NCBI RefSeq assembly: GCF_963921235.1
Contig: NC_086108.1
Location: forward strand, 110,796,001 to 110,860,000
Direction of reading: 5' to 3'
Origin: Mobula hypostoma
Taxonomy: Eukaryota
DNA length: 64,000 nt
Below are positions 51,095 to 62,721 of this stretch, piece after piece. The notes below the pieces were generated by a model. That model ran no database searches, had not been told where the DNA came from, and was given only the letters and a program-made list of their open reading frames with translations. Position numbers and translations under genes: made by a program. Numbering within the stretch: position 1 is the stretch's first letter; every line of letters starts with the position of its first letter.

Positions 51095-51630
51095 GCCCGC
51101 CTCGCTGCCGCTGCTACTGTGTGGTAACTGGAATCTCCAGAGCAGAAGGCCTTGAAATCCTCGGCTTTGCTTGTTTCAGCGGCCAGGGCTGGGTCGAAGG
51201 CGCTCGGCAGAGGATGGCGCTCGGGAGGCTGTATCGGAGGGGCTGGTCAGAAGCTCGAAGTTTTTGGACGGATGGACTCAGGGTCGGCTGTGGTCGGCTG
51301 CTTCCAAGGCATCGGCAAGTTGACGGTGCCTGGAGGTTTATGGCAGGGAGTTTCTCCCTTTTGCCGCCTGCTATCAGAAACTCGGGAGTCAATCGACTCG
51401 GGGACTGTGAGACTTTATTTACCGTGCCCATGGTTTGTTCTTCATCAAATTATGGTATTGCTTTGCACTGCTGTAACTATATGTTATAATTATGTGGTTC
51501 TGTCAGTGTTAGTCTTTGGTTTGTCCTGTTTTCTGTGATATTACTCCGGAGAAACATTGTATCATTTCTCAATGCATGTATGCATTTCTAAATGACAATA
51601 AAAGAGGACTGAGTGTTCTCATAATCTAAT
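51095..51630 (+). mobile_element. 5'-truncated copy of the non-autonomous element at 11356-12042
   Basis: Reverse-complement similarity along its length; ends gagtgttctcataatctaa. Confidence 0.8.
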
Positions 51631-52320
51631 ATATATATTACACTGTACTGCTGCCTCAAAAAAAAGGAAATTTCATGACACATGAGTGATGATAAACCTG
51701 ATTCTGATACGGGTCTCTACGGTGGACTGAGAGTGGGAAGGGGGCACAGAGAGAAGGGAATCATGGTTGGGATAAGGGGAAGGGAGAGGGGAGGGAGCGG
51801 GAAGCACCAGAGAGATGTTCTGTAAGGATCAATAAATCAATAGTTTGGAATCGAATGACCTTATTTAGTGTCTCAGGGCTGGGTGTGTCTGCACCCGTGC
51901 TATCCCCAACCCTCGCTGCTGGCACTTCTCTGCCAACTGTCCCACACCCCTCCTATGGCGCTCCACCTGTGCCATTCCCAACATCCTTTGTTCCTGCTAG
52001 GTTTTCAAACTCACCCTCTGCTCCTCATTGACGAAGTACCGTGCAAAAGTCTTAGGCACTCTAGCTTGATATAAATGTACAGTACTGTACATAGTGAAAA
52101 TTGTTTTTTTTTTGTATCAGTACTTTGCAATACCTGATAAAAATTACACAGAAAAATATATAAAAATTAAATAAGTCAGTGAAAAAGAGAGCAAGAAGTG
52201 GATGAGGTAGTGTACAGGGGTTACTTGTCCATTCACAAATCTGATGCAGGAGTGACCTCTGAGTGATTCTGACGTTGCACTGGTATGGATTTACATGCCT
52301 ACGGTAATGAACTCTTTCAG

Positions 52321-52427
52321 GTCTTAGAACTTCACGTCTTCTATGTTCCGGCTGAGCTGTGGAACAGCACGTTGAACACCGTTTCCACTCACACCATTAG
52401 CAAGTTTGTCTCAGTTGGGTTTGTCAG
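52321..52427 (+). CDS. SPATA1: Internal coding exon of spermatogenesis-associated protein 1 (VLELHVFYVPAELWNSTLNTVSTHTISKFVSVGFVR)
   Basis: Canonical acceptor ctctttcag| and donor cag|gtaagg; 107 nt open frame; peptide closely matches the recalled SPATA1 N-terminal motif VELHVFYVP..WN..LNT.S.....KF.S.GF.R. Confidence 0.88.
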
Positions 52428-53499
52428 GTAAGGATTAACTCTGAATTATTGTTCCACGGTCATTGTTTCTCGTCTCTTTCCATACCTCCGGCCCCTGCCA
52501 TCCATGTCCCTGGCACTCCTCTGCCATCTGTCCCCCGCCATTCCCAACATCTTATACTCTCAACAGATTTACAAACTTGCTCTCCGCTCCACATTGACAA
52601 AACTCTCATATTTCATATATATATATATAAAATCAATCAGATCTGGAGTAACAATTATTTCATTCTCCTTTATACTTGCGTACAGAAAATGACATTAGGC
52701 AATCTTGAATGAACATAGCATACCCACAAGTCACTTACGGAGCACCCGGAGGGAACCGGGAGGACATACAAGCTCCTTACAGCCAGTGGCGGGAGTTGAA
52801 CCCCGCTTGGAGATTGCTGGTGCTGTAACCGCGACGCTACCATGGCGACCCATTTTATATTTGTGCTCTTATTTTGTTTTATTGGTCCCTTTTAATGCCT
52901 TGCATGCTTCTGTCTCTTCCCGATAAGTAACTTAATCAAAGTCATCCTCTTACAGTAGTGTGGTCATGAAGGTTGATTGATAGGGGAGGTTACCAGGTTG
53001 TCTGCACTCTAAGAGATGTCATAACACACAGCTGAGCTATTAACATCCGAACTCTGCCTTTGGCCTTTCCAGTGTGTGTACAGAATCACGATGAAAGCAA
53101 TCCATCCTAATGTTATTGATTTCAAATATACTATAATTTTACATTGATAAGATTACTTTGATGTACAGGGTCCATAGAACATAGAACACTGTAGCACAGT
53201 ACAGGCCATTCAGCCCACAATCTTGTGCTGACCTTTTAACCTACTCTAAGATCAACCTTAACCCTTCCCTTCTCCATAGCCACCTGTTGTTCTATCTCCA
53301 AATGCCTTTCCCAGAGTTGAATTTGCCTTCAAATTCAACCTTCCAAAATGAATCATTTCACATGTTGCAATAACTTCTGTGACTAAAATACCAAGAGCAG
53401 TTTACATTGTGGATTTGGATGGTGAGGGGTGGCTGGTAATATCAGGAGAAGGCTGTGTTGCATTGCCACCAGAAGGATGTGCTGTCATGCTGGCAGAGT

Positions 53500-54012
53500 G
53501 GAAAGAAGGGGAGCGGAGGGGAGAAGCCAGAATACGAAGGTGGGGAGGGCAGGAGTACAAGCTGGCAGATGATAGGCGAGACCAGGTGAAGGGAAAGATG
53601 GGTGGGTGGGGGAGGGAGGATGAAGTTGGAAGCAGGAGGTGATGGGGGGAAGAGGAAAAGGGCTGAAGAAGAAGGAATCTGATAGGAGAAGAGAGTGGAC
53701 CTTGGGAGAAAGGGAAGGAGGAGGGGAACCAGAGAGAGGTGATGGTCAGGTGCAGAAAAGAGATGAGTTGAGAAGGTAACCAGAATGGGGAACTGAAGAA
53801 GAGGGAAAGGGTAATGGGAGAAAGTTGGAGAAATCGATGATCAGGTTGGAGGCTACCCAGATGGATTATGTGGTGTTGCTGCTCCGGCTTGTGTCTTGCC
53901 TCATTGTGGCAGTGGAGGACTTGGAGACCATGGACTGACATGTTGGAATGGGAATGGGGAGTAGAATTAAAGTGGGCGGCTGCTGGGAAAACCTGCCTGT
54001 TGTGGACAGAGC
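53500..54012 (-). mobile_element. Old Penelope-like 3' fragment
   Basis: ORF 53402..53941 begins MSVHGL..EQQHHIIHLGSLQPD. Confidence 0.8.
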
Positions 54013-54728
54013 GGAATAATGGTCGTTGGCTGGGTAATGCCGCACTGTGTACAGAGTCAAGGTCTGTACAAAGGTTGATTCCCTGTAATAATGAGGGATA
54101 ACAAATAATTCTGCTTGTGGTAGTCTATGTTAATGTCAGAGATGTTAATACCTTCAGAAAAGATTCTCCACTGCTTCTGCAGTCTAAATGTTTGGTTAAT
54201 CTCGCCTTCTTTTTGATTATATTGGCACACAATCCTTTTATTGGGAGCAGTCTGCTTTCTCAGGTTACAAGTGTTTCTGTGTATAAAGCTGCCTGGTGCA
54301 CTTTGGACAATGAGTTGTATTGTTTCAGAGATCTACCAGGCAACAGACACTCTCTGGCTGCCTCAGTACTGATAGAATGAAAAAGATGTTACCACTTGCA
54401 ACGTGCCTTTTAAAGTTGGAACAGGTTTGCTGATTATAAACACAAGGAGATTCTGCATATGGTGGAAATCCAGAGTAACACATATGCAGATTGCTGGAGG
54501 AACTCAGCAGGTAGGCAGCGTCAATGGAGAGGGCTAAACAGCCGCTGTTTCAGGCTGAGGCCTGTTAAAGGGTCTCAGCCCAAAACATTGACGATTTATT
54601 ACTCTCCATGGTTTAATCTCAGGTTAAATTATCGAGTCATATAGCTCTGAAACAGGCCCTTCAGCCCAACCAGTTTGTGCTGACCAAGATTTGCACTGAA
54701 GATTGACCCATTTGCCCACACTCTAAAT

Positions 54729-55019
54729 GGGGTGGCATGGTAGTGTAGAGGTTAGCACAACACTTTACAGTACAGGCAACCCAGGTTCAATTCCCACCGC
54801 TGCCTGTAAGGAGTTTGTACGTTCTTCCCGTGACTGCCTGAGTTTCCTCCGGGTGGTCCGGTTTCCTCCCACAGTCCGAAGGCCTACCAGTTGGTAGGTT
54901 AATTGGTCATTGTAAACTGTCCCATGATTAGGCTAGGGTTAAATCAGGGGATTGCTGGGCAGTGGGGCTCAAAGGCGCAATGGGCCTGTTCCGTGCTGTA
55001 TCTCAATAAATAAATAAAC
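54729..55019 (+). mobile_element. Full-length tRNA-derived V-SINE
   Basis: A box tggcatggtagtgtagaggttag, B box ggttcaattcc, V-domain, (taaa)n tail. Confidence 0.85.
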
Positions 55020-57327
55020 CAACACACATCGAAGTTGCTGGTGAACGCAGCAGCTGTAGGAAGAGGTGCAGTCGACGTTTCAGGCCGAGACCCTTCGTCA
55101 GGACTAACAGAAGGAAGAGTGAGTAAGGGATTTGAAAGTTGGAGGGGGAGGGGGAGATCCAAAATGATAGGAGAAGACAGGAGGGGGAGGGATGGAGCCA
55201 AGAGCTGGACAGGTGATTGGCAAAAGGGATATGAGAGGATCATGGGACAGGAGGTCTGGGAAGAAAGACGGGGGGGGCGACGCAGAGGATGGGCAAGAGG
55301 TATATTTAGAGGGACAGAGGGAGAAAAAGGAGAGTGAGAGAAAGAATGTGTGCATAAAAATGAGTAACAGATGGGGTACGAGGGGGAGGTGGGGCCTTAG
55401 CGGAAGTTAGAGAAGTCGATGTTCATGCCATCAGGATCAGGTTGGAGGCTACCCAGACGGAATATAAGGTGTTGTTCCTCCAACCTGAGTGTGGCTTCAT
55501 CTTTACAGTAGAGGAGGCCGTGGATAGACATGTCAGAATGGGAATGGGATGTGGAATTAAAATGTGTGGCCACTGGGAGATCCTGCTTTCTCTGGCGGAC
55601 AGAGCGTAGATGTTCAGCAAAGCGGTCTCCCAGTCTGCGTCGAGTCTCGCCAATATATAAAAGGCCACATCGGGAGCACCGGACGCAGTATATCACCCCA
55701 GCCGACTCACAGGTGAAGTGTTGCCTCACCTGGAAGGACTGTTTGGGGCCCTGAATGGTAGTAAGGGAGGAAGTGTAAGGGCATGTGTAGCACTTGTTCC
55801 GCTTACACGGATAAGTGCCAGGAGGGAGATCAGTGGAGAGGGATGGGGGGGACGAATGGACAAGGGAGTTGTGTAGGGAGCGATCCCTGCGGAATGCGGC
55901 GGGGGGGGGAGGGAAAGATGTGCTTAGTGATGGGATCCCGTTGGAGGTGGCGGAAGTTACGGAGAATAATATGTTGGACCCGGAGGCTGGTGGGGTGGTA
56001 GGTGAGGACCAGGGGAACCCTATTCCTAGTGGGGTGGTGGGAGGATGGAGTGAGAGCAGATGTACGTGAAATGGGGAAGATGCATTTAAGAGCAGAGTTG
56101 ATAGTGGAGGAAGGGAAGCCCCTTTCTTTAAAAAAGGAAGACATCTCCCTCGTCCTAGAATGAAAAGCCTCATCCTAAGAGCAGATGCGGCGGAGACGGA
56201 GGAATTGCGAGAAGGGGATGGCGTTTTTGCAAGAGACAGGGTGAGAAGAGGAATAATCCAGATAGCTGTGAGAGTCAGTAGGCTTATAGTAGACATCAGT
56301 GGATAAGCTGTCTCCAGAGACAGAGACAGAAAGATCTAGAAAGGGGAGGGAGGTGTCGGAAATGGACCAGGTAAACTTGAGGGCAGGGTGAAAGTTGGAG
56401 GCAAAGTTAATAAAGTCAACGAGTTCTGCATGCGTGCAGGAAGCAGCGCCAATGCAGTCATGGATGTAGCGAAGGAAAAGTGGGGGACAGATACCAGAAT
56501 AGGCACGGAACATAGATTGTTCCACAAACCCAACAAAAAGGCAGGCATAGCTAGGACCCATATGGGTGCCCATAGCTACACCTTTAGTTTGGAGGAAGTG
56601 GGAGGAGCCAAAGGAGAAATTATTAGGAGTAAGGACTAATTCCGCTAGACGGAGCAGAGTGGTGGTAGAGGGGAACTGATTAGGTCTGGAATCCAAAAAG
56701 AAGCGTAGAGCTTTGAGACCTTCCTGATGGGGGATGGAAGTATATAAGGACTGGACATCCATGGTGAAAATAAAGCGGTGGGGGCCAGGGAACTTAAAAT
56801 CATCGAAAAGTTTAAGAGCGTGAGAAGTGTCACGAACATAGGTCGGAAGGGATTGAACAAGGGGTGATAAAACAGTGTCGAGGTATGCAGAAACGAGTTC
56901 GGTGGGGCAGGAGCAAGCTGAGACAATAGGTCGGCCAGGACAGGCAGGTTTGTGGATCTTGGGTAGGAGGTAGAAACGGGAAGTGCGAGGTGTGGGAACT
57001 ATAAGGTTGTTAGCAGTGGATGGGAGATCCCCTGAGCGGATAAAGTCGGTGATGGTGTGGGAGACAATGGCCTGGTGCTCCTTAGTGGGGTCACGATCGA
57101 GGGGTAAATAAGAGGAGGTATCCACGAGTTGTCGCTGTGCCTCGGCAAGGTAGAGGTCAGTACGCCAGACTGCAACATCACCCCCCTTATCGGCGGGTTT
57201 AATAATAAGGTTAGGATTAGTGCGGAGGGAGTGGAGAGCAGAGCGTTCCGAAGGAGTGAGGTTGGAATGGGGACAAGGTGCGGTAAAGTCGAGACGGTTG
57301 ATGTCCCGTCGGCAGTTAGCGATAAAG
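55020..57327 (-). mobile_element. Penelope-like retroelement (RT plus GIY-YIG endonuclease), 5'-truncated and lightly mutated
   Basis: ORF 56175..57353 (IKPADKGG, LPKIHK, MDVQSLYT, GVAMG, RYIHD) and 55397..56296 C-terminus (VIYCVRC..YIGET); 14-bp TSD ataaataaataaac at 55006-55019 and 57328-57341. Confidence 0.96.
55070..55105 (-). ncRNA. Minimal hammerhead ribozyme motif in the 3' terminus of the Penelope element
   Basis: Minus strand AGTC-CTGACGA-AGGGTCTCGGCCT-GAAACGTC-GACT, identical to 36346-36381. Confidence 0.8.
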
Positions 57328-57340
57328 ATAAATAAATAAA

Positions 57341-58308
57341 CGGGGGGTTTCAACCACTTTTTACCTATGGACCCCTTCGCCAGTCTGGTGAAGCCTGCTT
57401 ACCCCTTAAAATAATATATTGAAACGTACAAAATAAAATCCATAGGATTATAAAAGAAACCAGTTATATTGAAATAGTTATCAAAGTATTAAAAAAACAT
57501 TTCTTTACTAATGCATTAAATAATAGGACTATATTAAAATTTAGTCAAGCTAAAATCATTTTTTTATTTTTTAAAGATAAGTAGCTAGCCATCTGGACAC
57601 AAGCTGGGGTCTGATCAGCCTCGGCTGGGTCACCTGGAGGAGGTTGTATGATGTTGAAAGACCCGAAACACCTGATGATTGCAGGAACACCACTGAAGAT
57701 GTGTCCAGAGGCATCAGTAGATGTTTGTACACAGTGTGAAGGCTGTTGTTGTTCGGCTAGAGTAAGAGCATTAAATTGTGGGCTGGTCTTCGACAAAGCA
57801 ACACGCATGTCATGTAGGACTCAATCGATTTAGATTTTTTGTGTTTTAAGGGTTACACACGTTGAAAATTCTGATTCACAAAAATGTGTTGTTGCAAATG
57901 GAATTAAAGCCAGTCTCAGGTACTGCTAATGCTTCAGGATGGTGGTGGGTGTTGGTAGCTAAGGTTGAGGTGTTCAATTTTGCGATATTCGCCAAGCTTG
58001 GTAATTGGCTTGTAGACATTTAATCACCATTTGAAGAGACATCCTCAGTGTGCAGTTGTTGGTGTTTCTCTCTGCGAGTGCTTGCGTTTATATAGGCCCC
58101 CGTTCGCTTGCCTCGTTAGTGATTGGCTACCGCATGGTGATGAAATGTCTGCAAACCAATTGCCAAGTCCAGTGACACTGCAACATCGAACTGCTAATAG
58201 TGCTGTGGTTTGTTGCCTACATTCTTAATGAAAGGATATGCTAAATTTCAGCTGAGGTCAGTGAAAAGACCCCCGGAGAGGTCTGTGAACCCTGGTTAAG
58301 AACCTCTG
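57341..58308. mobile_element. hAT-Charlie-like non-autonomous DNA element
   Basis: Ends cggggggtttcaacc ... ggttaagaacctctg; subterminal tggacccc motifs. Confidence 0.7.
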
Positions 58309-58442
58309 CTTACAACTTTTCCTATGCATGTCCTGTCCAAGTGTCTTTCAAATGTTACTGAACCTGCCTCAAATACTTCCTCTGGCAGCTCATTCCATGT
58401 ATTGAAAAAGTTGTCCCTCAGGTTGCTGTGAAATTCCTGAGT

Positions 58443-59067
58443 CATTGGTCAGACCGCACTTGGAGTATTGAAGCAGTTGTGGGTTCCTTTTTATAGGAAA
58501 GGATGTGTTGGCATTGGAGTGAGTCCAAAGGAGGTTCGGTAGAATAATCCTGGAGTGAAAGGGTTAACATAGGAGGAGTGTTTGATGGCTCTGGGCCTGT
58601 ACTTGCTAGAGTCCAGATGAATGAGGGGAAGATCTCATTTTCAATATCAAGACCATAAGACAAAGGAGCAGAAGTAGGCCATTCGGCCCATCGAGTCGAA
58701 TATTGAAAATATATCAAATATTGAAAAGCATAGATAGAGTGGATGTGGAGAGGATGTTTCCTATAGTGGGGAAGTCTAGAACCAGAGGGAATTTCAGAAT
58801 GCACATCCCTTTAGATCAAAAATGAGGAGGAATTCCTTGAGCCAGAGGGTAAATCAGTGGAATTCATGGGCACAGAAGGCTGTGGAGGGCAAGTCATTGG
58901 GTATATTTAAAGTGGAGATTGATAGGTTCTTGATTAGTAAGGACATTAAAGATTGTGGGGAGAAGGCAGGAGAATGGGGTTGAGGGATAATAAATGAGCC
59001 TTGATGGAATGACAGAGCAGATTTGACAGGCCCAATGGCCTAAATCTGCTCCTATGTCTTATGGTCT
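58443..59067 (+). mobile_element. CR1 3' fragment
   Basis: cattggtcagaccgcacttggagtatt (LVRPHLEY) through tcttatggtctt tail. Confidence 0.85.
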
Positions 59068-59198
59068 TCTTATCCTGGGTTAAGTTGTCAAGTTGTACAG
59101 TACTGCAACAGGCTCTTCGCTCCAACCAGTCCATGCTGACCATGATTTACATCTAAGCTAGGTCCATTTGCCCACATTTGACCAACATCCCTCTAAAC

Positions 59199-59278
59199 CA
59201 GGGGTTCCAATTCTGTTTTATGCCGTGGACTCATGCCATTAAGCAAAGGGTCTGTGGACCCCAGGTTGGGAATCTCTG
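59199..59278. mobile_element. 80-bp hAT-Charlie MITE
   Basis: TIRs caggggttccaa / ttgggaatctctg; 8-bp TSD ctctaaac (59191-59198) / ctcgaaac (59279-59286). Confidence 0.85.
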
Positions 59279-59569
59279 CTCGAAACCTTCCGATCCATGT
59301 ACACGTCCAATGTACCTGCCTCAACCACTTCCTCTGGCAGCCCGTTCCATACACTGACCTGCCTCTGTGAGAAAACATTGACCCTCAGGTTCCTATTACA
59401 TCTCTCCCCTCTCACCTTAAACCTATGCTCTCTAGATCTCGATTTCCCAGCCTCTGGGTGCATTCACACTGTCTCTGCCCCTCTCATATCTTTATAAGAT
59501 CACCCCTCAGCCTGCTACACTCCTATTCTACATCACTAGTTCATAGTAATATACAGCTTACTATACACT

Positions 59570-60050
59570 GGTGATCAGCCCCCTGCTCTACTCCCTGTAC
59601 ACTCACGACTGTCTGGCCAGATTCTGCTCCAGCTCCATCTACAAGTTTGCAGATGATATCACCAGAGTGGACTGTATCTCAAATAACGATGAGTCAGTGC
59701 ACAGGAAGGAGATAAAGAGCTTAGTTACATGGTGTTATGACAACAACCTTCCCCTCACTATCAACAAAACAAAAGAGCTGGTCATTGGCTTCAGGTAGGA
59801 GGGGGTGCTGCACACGTTCCTGTCTACACCAACGGTGTTGAGTTTGAGAGGGTTAAGAGCCTCGGGTTCCCAGAACTGTCCTGGCCCGACCACGTTGATG
59901 TTAAGGCCAAGAAGATTCACCAATATCTGTTTCCTCAGACGGCTAAAGAAATTCGGTATCTCCTAGATTTAGCTATGTATGACAGAAAGCTTTCTGTCTG
60001 GATAGATAATGGCTTGGTAAGGCAACTGCTTTGCTTTGACCAGTGAAAAA
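59570..60050 (+). mobile_element. Rex1/Babar RT fragment
   Basis: ORF 59571..59798 SPLLYSLYTHDC..KFADD..KTKELV. Confidence 0.85.
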
Positions 60051-60095
60051 TCCGGACATCGGACGTTTGGAGAGAAGGGGTCTTCAATCAGGTCC

Positions 60096-60215
60096 AAACA
60101 ACAGGAATCCTGCAGATGCTGGAAATTCAAGCAACACACATCAAAGTTGCTGGTGAACGCAGCAGGCCAGGCAGCATCTCTAGGAAGAGGTGCAGTCGAC
60201 GTTTCAGGCCGAGAC
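60096..60215 (-). mobile_element. Short Penelope terminus insertion
   Basis: 15-bp TSD tcttcaatcaggtcc at 60081-60095 and 60216-60230. Confidence 0.88.
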
Positions 60216-60234
60216 TCTTCAATCAGGTCCTCTG

Positions 60235-62720
60235 CCCGATAATAAGAGGCAGGAGTGGATTGTGGCAGTATAATAGAGCTTTGACCAGCAACCAGTTGGT
60301 GTTGGGATTGATTAGTAAGAGCAAATTAATGGAAGGCAGGGGCAAGTGCAGCAGCCATCATCTGAGTGGACATGGTCAGAGCGGTGATCCTAAAGCTTTA
60401 GCTCTGAGGCTTCAGTGAAGAGGCACTTCACTCAGAGAAAGCAAAGGAAAGAAAAGCTTAAGTATTTTACCTTCTCTTCTTTACACCTGCTCAGCTAGGA
60501 CAGTAGAGATGTCAGGCAGGATAGTGATCGCTCCTTTTCTGGGATGTGGGAAGGGAGGGAGACCTCCAGTGTCCCTGACTGCAACTGCGAGAAGTGCATC
60601 CAGCTGCAGCTTCTAACAAACTGCTTTAAGGAGTTGGAGCTGGAACTGGATGAACTCCGGGTCATTCGGGAGGCTGAAGGGGTGATAGATAGGACATATA
60701 GAGAGGTAGTTGCATTCAAGGTGCAGGACACAGGAAACTGGGTGACAGCCAGGAAGGGGAAAAGAGTTAAGGAACCAGTGCAGAGTACCCCTGTGGCCAT
60801 CCCCCTCAACAACAGGTATATCACTTTGGTTACTGGGGGGTTTGAAGGGGGAAGAAGAGGTGTAGGGGATGACCAAATGACCAAACAGAGGGAAGTGACA
60901 GTGGTTGGGTATCTGGCACTGAGTCTGTCTCTGTGATTCAGAAGGGAAGTGGGGAGAAGAGGAGACACATCTGGCGATAGGGATTTGTTAGTTAGGGGAA
61001 TGGACAGGAGGTACTGTGGGCGAGAACAAGATTCCCTAACGGTATGTGGCCTCCAGGGTGCCAGGATCTGGGTTATCTTGGATTGAGTCCGTAGCATTCT
61101 TAAGTGGGAGGGAGAACAGCCAGAAGTTGTGGTCTTTGTAGATTCCAATTACATGGGTAGGACAAGTGATGAGGTTCTGCATAGGGAGTTCAGGGAGTTA
61201 GATGCCAAGTTAGAGCAGGATTGGGGTTGTGATCTCAGGATTCCTGCCCATGTCACGTGAGAACTAGGAAGACTATACAGTTTAATACATGACTAAGGAG
61301 CTGGTGTAGGAGGGAGAGCTGAAGATTTTTGGATCATTGGGCTCTTTTCCAGGAAAGGTGGGACCTGTATAGAAGGGACGGTTTGCATCTGAACTGAAAG
61401 GGAACTAATAGTCTAGTGGGAAGGTTTGTTAATGTTGGATGGTGAGGTTTAAACTAGAGTTGCAGGGGGACGGGAACCAGAGTGCCAGGACAGTTAGTGG
61501 AGATGCTGGAAAGACTTCAGACAGAGTTAGGAATCAGAAGGTCGAGCAGGGTGCAGCTAGTGCCCTGAGATGCATATATTTCAATGCAAGAAGTATCATA
61601 GGAAGCCAGGCAACAGTGCTGACGATGAGGTATCTGGTTTACAAACAGAAGAAATTGGAAGTGATGAGAGGCTGTTGATAGCGCAAAAGGAGTCGACAGG
61701 AGTTGCAACGTAAAAGGCGGACAAAGTTCAAAAAGGTGAATAGAAGAGTGAAGGTGTTGTATTTGAATGCATGCAGTATATGGAATAAGGTAGATGAACT
61801 TGCAGCACAAGCTACAGATTGGCAGATATGATGTAGGCATCACTGAATCATGGCTGAAAGAAGATTATAGCTGGGAACTGAATGCCCAAGGATGCACGTT
61901 GTATCGAAAGGACAGGCAGAAGGGCAGACGGGGCAGTGTTGCCTTGTTGGTAAAAAAAATGAAATAAAATCATTAGAAGGGGGTGACACAGGGTCGGAAG
62001 GTGTTGAATCATTGTTGACAGAGCTAAGGAACTGCAAGGGTAAAGATACCTTGGTGAGAGTTGTATTCAGATCTCCAAACAGTAGTAAGGATGTGGCCTA
62101 CCAATTACAATGGGAGATAGAAAAAAAACGTGAAAAAAATGGCAATGTTACAATAGTCATGGGGGACTTCAATATCCAGGTAGATTGGGAATATGCTGGG
62201 TTCCAGGAGGGGGAATTTCTAGAGAGCCTATGAGATGACTTTTTATAGCAGCTTGTGGTTGAGCCCATTAGGAGATCAGCTATTCTGTATTGGGTGTTGT
62301 GCAAGGACTCAGAATTGAGCTTAAAGTAAAAGAACGCCTCAGGGAGGGTGATCATAATACGATGAAATTCACTCCGAAATTTGAAAAGGAGAAGCTAAAG
62401 TCAGATGTGTCAGTATTTCAGTGGAGTAAAGGGAATTACGGAAGCACGAGAGAAGAGTTGGATGGAATTGATTGGAAAAGAACACTGTCTGGGATGACGG
62501 CAGAGCAGCAATAACTAGAATTTCTGGATGCAATTCAAGGCACGGGATATATCCATACCAAAGAGGGAAAAAGTATTCTAAAGGCAAGATGACGCAACCG
62601 TCAAAGCTAAAGAGAAATGAAAGCCAAAGAGAGGGCATATAATAGAGCAAAAATTAGTGGGAAGTTAGAGGATTGGGAAGCCTTTATAAACCAACAGAAG
62701 GCAACTGAAAAAGTCATTAA
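60235..62720 (+). mobile_element. Decayed CR1 5' half (5'UTR, ORF1, APE)
   Basis: ORF 60544..60936 (MWE..CEKC..ELELELDEL), esterase remnants, ORF 61892..62233 (MGDFNIQVDW). Confidence 0.9.
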
Positions 62721-62721
62721 G

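Noticed and set aside
54117..54380. 87-aa ORF in unique sequence as a possible next SPATA1 exon
   Set aside because: No similarity to the expected continuation in any phase-compatible frame I checked; the next exon probably lies beyond the window
60495..61148. 217-aa minus-strand ORF, and similar antisense ORFs over CR1 copies
   Set aside because: Shadow frames opposite CR1 coding sequence
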